Shown here: positions 1-12,049 of the stretch, piece by piece
Position numbering within the stretch: the first letter of the stretch is position 1
Layout of the letters: the number at the start of each line of letters is the position of its first letter
Origin: Antedon mediterranea
Lineage: Eukaryota > Animalia > Echinodermata
Assembly (NCBI RefSeq): GCF_964355755.1
Contig: NC_092676.1
Span: 8,595,888 to 8,659,887, forward strand
Reading direction: 5' to 3'
DNA: 64,000 bases
Made by a program: the position numbers and the translations under genes
Notes under the pieces: model-generated
Database searches by the model: none
Seen by the model: the letters and a program-made list of their open reading frames with translations, nothing else
Told to the model about the DNA's origin: nothing

Positions 1-39
1 CTCTGTTCCTACAATACCTCTCCATATCTCTGTTCCCCC

Positions 40-890
40 CTGCCCGTATTTCTATTCCTCCCTCCTCCCTGTTTTTCTATTCCTTCCTCCTCCCATTTAT
101 TTATTTTCTATTCATCCATCCTCCCTGTATTTCTATTCCTCCCTCCTCCCTCTATTTCTATTCCTCCCTCCTCCCTGTATTTCTATTCCTTCCTTCTCCC
201 TGTATTTCTATTCCTCCCTCCTTCCTGTATTTCTATTCCTCCCTCCTCCCTGTATTTCTATTCCTCCCTCCTCCCTGTATTTCTATTCCTCCCTCCTCCC
301 TGTATTTCTATTCATCCCTCCTTCCTGTATTTCTATTCCTCTTTCCTCCCTGTATTTCTATTCATCCCTCCTTCCTGTATTTCTATTCCTCCCTCCTCCC
401 TGTATTTCTATTCATCCCTCCTTCCTGTATTTCTATTCCTCTTTCCTCCCTGTATTTCTATTCATCCCTCCTTCCTGTATTTCTATTCCTCCCTCCTCCC
501 TGTATTTCTATTCATTCCTCCTCCCTCTATTTCTATTCCTCCCTCCTCCCTGTATTTCTATTCCTCTTTCCTCTCTGTATTTCTATTCCTCCCTCCTCCC
601 TGTATTTCTATTCCTCCCTCCTCCCTGTATTTCTATTCCTCCCTCCTCCCTGTATTTCTATTCCTCCCTCCTCCCTGTATTTCTATTCATCCATCCTCCC
701 TGTATTTCTATTCATCCCTCCTCCCTGTATTTCTATTTCTCCCTCCTCCCTCTATTTCTATTCCTCCCTCCTCCCTGTATTTCTATTCCTCCCTCCTCCC
801 TCTATTTCTATTTCTCCCTCCTCCCTCTATTTCTATTTCTCCCTCCTCCCTCTATTTCTATTTCTCCCTCTCTGTATTTCTACTCCTTCT
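40..890. repeat. 25-bp polypyrimidine minisatellite (TGTATTTCTATTCCTCCCTCCTCCC)n
   Basis: Unit recurs with 25-bp period (e.g. TGTAT at 251, 276, 301); about 30 copies with degenerate edges. Confidence 0.95.
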
Positions 891-1624
891 TCGTTCTTTT
901 TCGTTATCCGCAATCTCTATTCCTCCATACCTTATCTCTCTTCCTTCACTCCTTATCACTATTCATCCCTTCCCATATCTTTATTCTTCCCTCTCACTAT
1001 CTCTATCCCAGCTTCCCAAGATTTGTATCCTTGTATTTTCTGCATCTGAAAATAAAGAAATTATATAAAAAATTGTAGAAGATCACAATACTGTATTACT
1101 TTAATATTATGATGAAAATATTTATCAATACAGTATATTCAATAATATTTTAAAACAAATATTTTATCCTAATTGGCTATATGATAAATGTATTATTAAA
1201 ATAAGTAAATTATTTATACTATTGCATTCAAGGTCAGTATACAGTATATTTATAGCAAGAAGCTAATTTGTTGTATGTGAACTGTAGCCTGTGACAAGTA
1301 TTCATTAAATCTGCTTTAGTGATATTAATTTGATATCAAGATAAATCTATTCCAATCACGCCTCAGCCTTCATTTCCATTGGTCACAATTTCTATTATAA
1401 TGAAACTGAATAATTTTAAATTTAATCTAAAAAATAGCCTCCAGTTGAGTCAAAACAATAAATTATTTTCATTTATTTGTCTCATTCATTTATATTTACA
1501 ACAATAATTTTTTTTAATATTAGTTATTAATTTTGTTGCAATTTAGTCTGGTTATGTCTGACTAAATTTATTGGTGAATCTTATGTCTTAATATTACAAA
1601 TTATTTAAATGTATAGTACTTTAA

Positions 1625-1924
1625 AGATGTAATGTCCCCTGAAAAAATCCTTCTTAACTATTTTGTTTTGATTATGCCGTTTTATTGCCATATAATATTT
1701 ATCCACTTTGACCAAAAATTGGATCCAAACAAAAAATGTTTCAAAAAACTGTAGTTTCAAGCAAAAAATAATCAAATTTGCTGCCTGGTTTAATTTAACC
1801 ATTCATTTTGTCATTTTTCTACAGAAATGAATACATTTATTAAAACTATAAAATAACCTATCCAAAGTCTGATTTAATTACCGGTAATCTTCATTTTTCA
1901 TGATTTTTGGAGGAAATATATCTT
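1625..1924. mobile_element. Degenerate TTAA-flanked (Kolobok-like) MITE
   Basis: Left end TTAA|AGATGTAATGTCCCC matches the family at 27480 and 61649; right end decayed (GGAAATATATCTT). Confidence 0.5.
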
Positions 1925-1939
1925 GTCACTTGGAAGTAA

Positions 1940-2730
1940 GGGCCTGTTTCTGCTGCAACTGCTCAAAATACGGTATAAAAATACGGTATAAAATACGGTA
2001 TTTTTTATACCGTATTTTTTAGTACCCCGTTTCTGCTAACAATACTTCTTGGGTGGTCGTGTTAAATTTCATCTTTTTTACCCAATAGTCGCAATAAAGG
2101 AAGTTTTACGTCTCACTTTCAACAGCCTAGCCCTAGTGATAGAGATGTTGTGAGAGCACAGAAAACATCGTAATGGGGACAATAATTCGTTCCCTCCCCG
2201 AGTTATTGTATTTTGCAATGTTGTACTGCTTTCGCAGGCTCTTCAGCTTTCAGTTTACTTGCTTTGGAGACAAGTCTATTCCATACTCCTGCTTTATTTT
2301 TTTAGAAATGTTTTTATAAATATGGTTGTCCCTTTTATTACCTTTTAGTTGGCCAGACATTTTAGCTTCCCCACACACATTTATTTAGTAAAACTGTGAC
2401 GTCTTCGCTCCACATTTTCGCCGAATATATCTATACACGTGTGTAAAGCAGCTGACAGTGACAGAAAATAAAAACACGAATGTTGACCTTTTGTCATGTA
2501 AAAAAAAAATACGGTATTTTTTATTGGCAGCAGAAACGGGTACAAAAAATACGGTATAAATTTGTAAATACCGTATTTTATCCACAAATTTTGTGGGGAA
2601 AATACGGTTTACAAAATACGGTATATTTTTTATGAGCGCAGTTTCTGCTGCCAAAAATATACTGTATATATACGGTATTCAAAAAATACCGTATAATATA
2701 CGGTATTTAGTTGGCAGCAGAAACAGGGCC
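1940..2730. mobile_element. PIF/Harbinger-type MITE
   Basis: TIRs GGGCCTGTTTCTGCTGCAACT / AGTTGGCAGCAGAAACAGGGCC, TAA duplication on both sides, internal AAATACGGTAT repeats. Confidence 0.85.
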
Positions 2731-3854
2731 TAAATGAATTGCAAAAGAGCAGGGAAATGGTGATTTAAGGTTAAATAAAATATGTAAATAAATAAGGAAT
2801 AATATACTCTTCTATTCATACAGTACTTATAGTAGCCAGGATAATATAAAGAAAAGGGGTACCTGTAAGAACATTTCCTACTGTATACCATTTTACCCAT
2901 TCTTTTTTCACCTTTCTGAAAAATGAGAAAGAGCTAACTCCACTGAACTGATATTCAAAATTCTTTGGTATGATAATATTATAGGTTTTTTTTAATCAAT
3001 TTTCTATAAAGATATGTATACTGTATATCATTTCAATGCATGATACTACTGTATATAAAACTACATAGGAATTTTTTTGTTCAATTATCATTGTCATATA
3101 ATAAATCCTTGATAATACTAGGTAATGTATTTAATAATCTTCTGTTTATAGTCATTACTTGGTGGATGAAACCTGTAATTGAATTTGTATGGTACTGTAT
3201 TCTACAAAATAACAAGATCATTTTGATATTCTACTGTACATGACCATATCAATTTATATTATAAATGTTGGTAATAAAGTAGTTGATTCCAAGTATAAAA
3301 TACAGTAGTATTGAAAATATGCATGCAACTAAAAGCATTGCAGGTTTATTATAGAGGTTAGCTAGATAATATTATTGCAAAGTTTCATATAGTCAAGCAA
3401 GTATCAAGCAAGTATATATTTTGTATTATGGCTTAATTTAAAATAGCATTTTTATTTCAAATATAGGATATCGATTTTAACCTTGCTTTTATTGAAGATT
3501 TTATCCTTATTTGCAGACACATTTGCTGAATATACAGTAGACAGTAATAATTTTTTCATACACTTCATGTTTAAAACAAATTCAAAAGCAAAAATATAGA
3601 CATACTGTAAATCGGATTTCTATAAGTTGATTGCAAACATTTTAGGCTACAAAATAGCCTATAGATACAGTATACAGTGTTGTTTTATCATTACTATAAA
3701 CCTGAGTGTGTGTTCACATGAGACAATAGCCCTAATGTTCTGTTGAAAATTAGTCCATTTCACAACAAGCAATTACTACACATGCCAGTACCATTGCTGG
3801 ACTCTATAATTTTTTAGTCAAGTATGAATATCCAATGTTATATTTTCATTCCAG

Positions 3855-6800
3855 CAAAACATCCAAGTATGTGCGGAGCATGGGAATTTCCATGCAGTAA
3901 TGGAGGTTGCACTTTTGCACGTAACCGGTGTGATGGACGCTGGGATTGTAAAGATGGGAGTGATGAAGAAAGTTGTGGTAAGTTTGCGAAAGGCAAGAAA
4001 GGTGGCGTTTGTACATTCTATACCATTCCATAAGTCCATAGCCAGTGGGGATAGTAAAACCTCCTTTTCCTGAGTGCCTTTTACAAACTAAAGAGAGTGT
4101 AATGCTAGTAGACCACAGAACATGTCTATTTTTGGCCAGTCCTCCTCCCTCCCTTTTTTGGCCAGTCCTCCTCTCTCTCTTTTTTGGCCAGTCCTCCTCC
4201 CTCCCTTTTTTGGCCAGTCCTCCTCCCTCCCTTTTTTGGCCAGTCCTCCTCCCTCCCTTTTTTGGCCAGTCCTCCTCCCTCCCTTTTTTGGCCAGTCCTC
4301 CTCCCTCCCTTTTTTGGCCAGTCCTCCTCTCTCCCTTTTTTGGCCAGTCCTCCTCCCTCCCTTTTTTGGCCAGTCCTCCTCCCTCCCTTTTTTGGCCAGT
4401 CCTCCTCCCTCCCTTTTTTGGCCAGTCCTCCTCCCTCCCTTTTTTGGCCAGTCCTCCTCCCTCCCTTTTTTGGCTAGTCCTCCTCCCTCCCTTTTTTGGC
4501 CAGTCCTCCTCCCTCCCTTTTTTGGCTAGTCCTCCTCCCTCCCTTTTTTGGCCAGTCCTCCTCTCTCCCTTTTTTGGCTAGTCCTCCTCCCTCCCTTTTT
4601 TGGCCAGTCCTCCTCCCTCCCTTTTTTGGCCAGTCCTCGTCCTCCCTTTTTTGGCTAGTCCTAACTAAACCAGAAGTTTAAGCCTGTTTTCCTGTCGTTG
4701 ATCATTAACAGTTCAATGACGATCATTTTAAAATGATAAGTTGAAATGATAACGATAGCGAGTACCTTTTCCTTTAAATTGTTAACATTTCACTGTTTAC
4801 GTAGAAGATCATCGATTATTGTTAACGATAGCGTCGAATAACGTCAGGAAAACAGGCTTTAGCAATCTAAGCTTTCATGATTTCGGTCAATAGAATCTCT
4901 CTTGCAATAATCCTGGTAACAGGCTTGACCATAACAGTTCATTCTCCAAATAATATATGCAGAAATGCATATTTTTTTCGCGCCATGCATACTGTACATG
5001 CTACGCATCAACAAAACTACGATAGCATGATATGATTTACGACTGCAGAATTTATTTATCTTTGCAGTTAAACTGGAATAGGTTTTTTGACATTTGTTGA
5101 CATTTGGGTTAAACTATCTTGGGTATATATTTGGCAGTTACCCTTTCTCATTGGCTGCAGTCTTTGCTTTGGTATTTTCACTATTGTTTTAAGAAATATA
5201 ATTAATTTTCCATTTTTTTCGTTGTTTTTTTGGTTTATTTTTTCTGTGCCAATGTATGCTAATTGTGTGTTTTTACAAATCTTGTTTGTGATTCATATTT
5301 CATGATCTTTCTTGACACTTTATATTTGTTTTTCTTTGATACTTGTAAGCTAAAAATTGCTGTATACATTACACAAATGCCTCAAGATTTTTTTATCTAA
5401 AGATACCTCTGGGTTTAAATTATCTATTAACGTGAAATCTAAATACATGCAACCATGTTTATTATAACGCCGCTTTTTTCATATGTTGTGAAAATAGAAC
5501 ACGTAAATGAAGAGATTAATAGAAGATTATTTTCTGTTAATGGGTTTTTGGTTGAAATTAACCGTTTATTTTGTAATTTTATAAGTAAAAACATCATTTG
5601 TTTTCATTTTTTTTACAGAAGTGATTAAAAATCTGATTTAATTAATCTTCCTTTTTCATGTTTTGGGGACAATACATATTTAATAAAACTGATGCTTAGT
5701 CATTTTAAATTACAAACATGCAAAAAACTGATGATGCAATATTTTATTCATAAACTTTGGCTTATCAATAATTGACACCTCACATAGATCAAGCGTTGAA
5801 ATATTAAGTTTGAGATATGTATAAATTTTATTAGAAAAAAGCCATGACTTTTCATCACAAACGATTATCAAAAACATTGACACATGATCAAGTGTCAAAT
5901 ATTAATTTATAACCATGTTTTTATTTGTCATAAAACTTTTTTATTTATTTATATCTATATAATGATATTTGCTGTCATAATAATATATGATAAAAATGCC
6001 AAAAAAAAAAAAATGATAGAATAAACATGTTTATATGAATAAAATTAAAGAAATAATTTATGAAATTTATTTAGGCATATCATTATTTAACCAATTAGAT
6101 CTCAAGGATGATTGGAATATACCCATGCCATATGGCATAATGTGAGGTTATATGCAAAACTTTGATCCTTCCAGCAATTTCTAATGTGTAATATCAATTA
6201 CAAAAATCAATTTCAAAGTATTACTGATTTGAGTGTTTTATGGGAGTTACATCATCCAATCATATTTCTCATGTTTATTGAATACAAATACAGTCAAGAC
6301 ACCTTGGGGCTGTCCGGTGCCAGGAAATGATAAAAGGATTTGGAATTCTTTTAACCTCTAAGTTTATTTAAATTTATTGAAATCTTTAATATAATAAAAA
6401 CTATAAAAAATACAAATCGTATATTGGCGTAGTGGCGCAGTGTGTTAGACGTTGGACTACTGATCGTGATATCATGTGTTTGAATTCAACACTCGTCGTA
6501 TTGCTTGTATCCTTAGGCAAGACTTACCTAAGTTTGCCTCTCCCCACCCTGGTGTAGGTACCGTTAAGGTCAAGACGCAAATATGCCCTGATTACTAGCT
6601 GCATTGTGGCGCAGTGTGTTAGACATTGGACTACTGATCGTGATATCATGGGTTTGAATTCAACACTCGTCGTATTGCTTGTATCCTTAGGCAAGACTTA
6701 CCTAAGTTTGCCTCTCCTCACCCTGGTGTAGGTACCGTTAAGGTCAAGACGCAAATATGCCCTGATTACTAGCTGCATTGTAGGAGTACTGTATGTTTAC

Positions 6801-9800
6801 ATATGTGTTCAATCCAAAAATGACTTAGGTTCACAATATTAGGCACTTTATAAATCCAGGATATCATTATGATGAATCTTTCAAAAACAATATATCATAA
6901 AAACATGATTATACCCAATAACCAGTCATCATTGTGATAGCTTCTACATGTAGCCCCATTCCAGCATTTGCAGCATTCATTCATTTAAATATTCATGGTC
7001 AGTCACAGTAAAATATGTACATGGTTTGAAATTATTTTTGTTTGTTAAAAGTTAAAAATTCACATAAAAATATAAAAATGAGTTAAAAAGGTTAAAATTT
7101 TGTAAAATAAAGCACATCATTTAAAATACAGATAAAATACATACCGGTAGTTTAAAATACAAAATACAAGCAAGATTGGTGTGTGAAGAGGGTATAGCAT
7201 AAAACGAAGTGGGTATAGCATAAAACGAAGTGGATATAGCATAAAACGAAGTGGGTATAACATAAAACAAAGTGGGTATAGCATAAAACAAAGTGGGTAT
7301 AGCATAAAACAAAGTGGGTATAGCATAAAACAAAGTGGGTATAACATAAAACAAAGTGGGTATAACATAAAACAAAGTGGGTATAACATAAAACAAAGTG
7401 GGTATAACATAAAACGAAGTGGGTATAGCATAAAACGAAGTGGGTATAGCATAAAACGAAGTGGGTATAACATAAAACGAAGTGGGTATAGCATAAAACG
7501 AAGTGGGTATAGCATAAAACGAAGTGGGTATAGCATAAAACGAAGTGGGTATAGCATAAAACGAAGTGGGTATAGCATAAAACGAAGTGGGTATAACATA
7601 AAACGAAGTGGGTATAACATAAAACGAAGTGGGTATAACATAAAACGAAGTGGGTATAACATAAAACGAAGTGGGTATAACATAAAACAAAGTGGGTATA
7701 ACATAAAACGAAGTGGGTATAGCATAAAACGAAGTGGGTATAGCATAAAACGAAGCGGGTATAGCATAAAACGAAGCGGGTATAGCATAAAACGAAGCGG
7801 GTATAGCATAAAACGAAGCGGGTATAGCATAAAACGAAGCGGGTATAGCATAAAACGAAGCGGGTATAGCATAAAACGAAGCGGGTATAGCATAAAACGA
7901 AGCGGGTATAGCATAAAACGAAGCGGGTATAGCATAAAACGAAGCGGGTATAGCATAAAACGAAGCGGGTATAGCATAAAACGAAGCGGGTATAGCATAA
8001 AACGAAGCGGGTATAGCATAAAACGAAGCGGGTATAGCATAAAACGAAGCGGGTATAGCATAAAACGAAGCGGGTATAGCATAAAACGAAGCGGGTATAG
8101 CATAAAACGAAGCGGGTATAGCATAAAACGAAGCGGGTATAGCATAAAACGAAGCGGGTATAGCATAAAACGAAGCGGGTATAGCATAAAACGAAGCGGG
8201 TATAGCATAAAACGAAGCGGGTATAGCATAAAACGAAGCGGGTATAGCATAAAACGAAGCGGGTATAGCATAAAACGAAGCGGGTATAGCATAAAACGAA
8301 GCGGGTATAGCATAAAACGAAGCGGGTATAGCATAAAACGAAGCGGGTATAGCATAAAACGAAGCGGGTATAGCATAAAACGAAGCGGGTATAGCATAAA
8401 ACGAAGCGGGTATAGCATAAAACGAAGCGGGTATAGCATAAAACGAAGCGGGTATAGCATAAAACGAAGCGGGTATAGCATAAAACGAAGCGGGTATAGC
8501 ATAAAACGAAGCGGGTATAGCATAAAACGAAGCGGGTATAGCATAAAACGAAGCGGGTATAGCATAAAACGAAGCGGGTATAGCATAAAACGAAGCGGGT
8601 ATAGCATAAAACGAAGCGGGTATAGCATAAAACGAAGCGGGTATAGCATAAAACGAAGCGGGTATAGCATAAAACGAAGCGGGTATAGCATAAAACGAAG
8701 CGGGTATAGCATAAAACGAAGCGGGTATAGCATAAAACGAAGCGGGTATAGCATAAAACGAAGCGGGTATAGCATAAAACGAAGCGGGTATAGCATAAAA
8801 CGAAGCGGGTATAGCATAAAACGAAGCGGGTATAGCATAAAACGAAGCGGGTATAGCATAAAACGAAAAGGAACTATATAACCTATTTTAGTCATTACAT
8901 TATTCATCACTGTGGTACATAATATAGAGTTAAAACATTAAAACTATTTCTGTGTATACATGTAAGGAATTTCATTTAACATTAATTTTACTTTCTTTTT
9001 TTGTCAGTCACCATAAAGCCTCAGCCTCCTTGTCGGCCAGGAATGTATTTCTGTCATGACAACTCATGTATCCCATCCTTCCGGCACTGTGATGGATTCG
9101 TAGATTGTGTTAACGAAACAGATGAGATTGATTGTCGTAAGTAATTGTCATTATTTTGCATGCTTTAGACAGGTAATGGCCAAGCGAAAAAGAGAAAAAC
9201 AACGTTGCCTTTTTATCACTAAACTGTAAGTGCATATATATATATATAAATCCTAAGGCAAATTACTGAAAAAATGACAATGCTGTGGGTATCAGTGGCT
9301 GGATCTCAATGGAGATATAAAATAAAATAAGCAAAACGCTAAATCAAAACGATAAAGTAAAACAGCCAGAAAAAGTACCAGAGCTTTCAGGCAACACTAG
9401 CCCTTCATCAGTGCAAGATATATCCTTTCAAATTAATTACCGGTAATTAAATTTCAGTTTGGCAGTTTAGAATTCATGTTCTGTGCCTGATGTGTTTATA
9501 TATATAATAAATAAATTAACAAGCACAGACAGAATTCTAAACTATCTGGTTATATAATAAATATTAATTAATTTAGAAAAGATAAATAAAATATATCTGT
9601 GAGAATAAGAAAAAGCCACCCCAACCAAGATTCGAACTCAGAGCCTGCTTGATATGCAGATGTCTTCCATTATATCACTGGGGCTCAGCTTTCATGGTGG
9701 TTTCAAACAAATATATACAAGCTGCATTTATAGTAAAGTATCCAAAAATCTATTAGTTATAGTCATACTATATACCTAGTCATAGTATCTTTATTTTGTC

Positions 9801-12049
9801 CATTTAAAAATTAACAGAAATTTGTTTTGAAAACCGGTATATCATAAACAGTAAAAATTACACAAACAAATTTAAATTTGAAAAATATGTATAATGTCAT
9901 TGACATTCAGATAATAATAGGGTTATAAAAGTCTAATACAATAAACATTGTATAAAATAGATTACTGTTTTTGTACAGCAAACATTTAAAGACAACACAA
10001 CATAATGTCAAGTAAAAGCTGAGTGATGATATTGTTAATGTTTATCGACGTTTAATGAACAAAGTATATAAAAATTGATGCTTTTACACAACATTGTTGG
10101 CATTCTCTGATGACAATTTATGGTCGTAAAGATCAATATTGGAGCAACAGACCTACAGCTGGAGAGCCTACCATCAACACAGTATGTATGTTTAAAATGA
10201 AAATAAACTTACAAGTTTACTAAGTAGGAGCATGGACGGAGAATTTGCATGAAATAGGAATCATAAATGAAATTCTCTGGCCTGTTGCCTGTACAAATAT
10301 TTAATTATATATACTGTACAGTATAACATCCAAAGGCAAATTACTAACAACATTACAATGCTGTGAATATTAATGGAGATAAAAAAAAAGCAAAAAGCTT
10401 AATTCTATATAACATATATATTCTTGCACTGATTCATTTCATTTATTTATTTTCCACACATTAAACAAAAAAAAACCCCAGATATTTATACTTTAGAGAA
10501 GAAAAAAAAAGGGCTAGTGTTGCCTGAAAGCTCTGCTACTTCTGGCTGTTTTACTTTATCGTTTTGATTTATCTTTTTGATTTTTTTTTGTATCTTTATT
10601 GAGATCCAGTCACTTATACCCACAGCACATAATTAGTAATTTGCCTTTGGATTTCTATATTTTATATTCTTTGAAAGGTTTACTATATACATGACTACTA
10701 ATATCGCCACAAAACACCCATGATATAATTGCAGTCAAAAAAGAACCCCTTTCCTCTTTAACCAAGCTGGCCTGAAATGTTAACTGAAGATATTTTTACC
10801 TAGTTAGTTTATGATCTTAGATAGCTGCCACTTGGTCATGTGACCAATTGGCTTTATTCCAATTGGTCATTGTTTGAATATAGTTAGTAGATGTTGTGTC
10901 ATGGATGAAGATGGAGGATACAGAATGTCTTCACTTGCTAAAGGTTTTATTATAAGATAGTTTTAGTTTTAAGTCTACATTTAAGATAGTGCTTTTTAGG
11001 TACATGTATTGTATTGATACCGTATACTATGTTTAGTTTCATTGCAGAATTACTATGTAACTAAATGTATGGGCAAGGGAGGTATCTCATTTTTATACCT
11101 CCCTGTATGGAAGTATGTTGAATTTTTAGAATTCAAAGAATTCAGCTATTTAGAATGGAATATCGTGTGTTCTGTAACTGCAATGGTTATGCAGTGTTAT
11201 TTAAAAAAAAAATCATTTTCAGCGAACCCATGTTTTTGCAATGTAATAGTAAATAGACCTAAGTCGCCTAGTTGCCAATTTGATCCCCTTTTGTAGAAAA
11301 GCGAACCCTCATGTAAAAATCTTAACCAATTCAATAAATATTCTAAATTGTTTATGGTAAGTATCAATGTCTTTTGTTTAAAATTCATTATTTTTCTGAT
11401 AAATTGTTCTAAAAGACATTTTGTTTTATATTTTTTAGCAAACTACCAAGCAGTTACTCAACCAAGTGTGGTAACGACAAGTTACAAAATACATGATACA
11501 TTTACGGGAATTGAATTAGCAATCATCACCGGATTTCTACTTTTTACCATGTGTATACTATTGGTGCTGTTTGCGCAAAAACGTGGATTTCGTATAACAC
11601 GTCGTCAACAAGCATCGATGTTGTACAGACGCCGTTTACGTGAAGCGCTAGATCGACTTGATGTTAGAGCATGCTCACATTATCCCGCAGAGGCACCCAG
11701 AGTAAGTAATAATCAATACAATGTAGGGGATCAGATTATTGTGTCGTATAATGCGGCCGGTGATGCAATAAGATTTTCAGAAAATGCTTGGAAGCATACG
11801 TTCAATGGTGACCCACCACCGCCTTACTCGGATGTTATTGATATAAACAGAGAAACTTGTCCATTAACTGCAAATGGGATATCGTCGACTGAAGTACAGC
11901 CGCCCTCGTACGACGATACAGTGGCTGTTTGTAATGATAGACATCACACAACACATCATCATGTACGCCATGATAGGACTAATCTCCATCAGTATAGAAT
12001 AGGAGATAGACGACATGGGTGCAACAGAGATTTTGAAACAACAATCTGA
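3855..12049 (+). CDS. LDL-receptor class A domain single-pass membrane protein with cytoplasmic PPxY motifs (LDLRAD3-like); 5' exons not found in the window
   Basis: Phase-1 exons 3855-3977 (LDLa [35 protein letters not shown]), 9008-9136 (LDLa [35 protein letters not shown]) and 11439-12049 ([22 protein letters not shown], basic stop-transfer, PPPPY and PPSY, TGA); all AG/GTAAG junctions in frame. Confidence 0.88.
4128..4661. repeat. 26-bp minisatellite (GGCCAGTCCTCCTCCCTCCCTTTTTT)n
   Basis: About 20 near-identical units in the intron; explains the repetitive ORFs in all three frames. Confidence 0.95.
4681..4858. mobile_element. Small PIF/Harbinger-type MITE
   Basis: TIRs AGCCTGTTTTCCTG / CAGGAAAACAGGCT with TTA on both sides. 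Confidence 0.8.
6424..6780 (+). mobile_element. tRNA-derived CORE-like SINE, tandemly duplicated (2 x 174 bp)
   Basis: A-box GTGGCGCAGTG, B-box-like GTTTGAATTC, central TGTATCCTTAGGCAAGAC...TTGCCTCTC...GGTGTA resembling the CORE domain; copies start at 6432 and 6606. Confidence 0.7.
7189..8867. repeat. 21-bp minisatellite (GGGTATAGCATAAAACGAAGC)n, about 80 copies
   Basis: Direct reading; source of the spurious 597-aa (FMLYPLR)n ORF. Confidence 0.97.
9247..9422 (-). mobile_element. Penelope-like pLTR remnant carrying a minimal hammerhead ribozyme motif
   Basis: Minus strand TTGCA-CTGATGA-AGGGCTAGTGTTGCCT-GAAA-GC-TC-TGG; homologous copies at 10326-10400 (same orientation, partial) and 10415-10657 (inverted). 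Confidence 0.55.
9608..9690 (-). pseudogene. tRNA-derived pseudogene / SINE head
   Basis: Minus strand has A-box-like AGTGATATAATGG, B-box GAGTTCGAATC and a T-run; no complete cloverleaf. Confidence 0.5.
10326..10657 (+). mobile_element. Second and third copies of the hammerhead-bearing repeat, locally inverted
   Basis: 10511-10657 is the reverse complement of about 9247-9405; the CTGAT core at about 10429 is separated from stem II by about 80 bp of extra sequence. Confidence 0.6.

Noticed and set aside
4045-4681. Overlapping Pro/Phe/Ser-rich ORFs
   Set aside because: A 26-bp repeat read in three frames
6424-6500. Possible tRNA gene (also 9608-9690)
   Set aside because: Has A/B-box-like sequences but no valid cloverleaf; continues into a SINE body
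7117-8910. 597-aa (FMLYPLR)n ORF
   Set aside because: Translation of a 21-bp intronic minisatellite with no unique coding sequence
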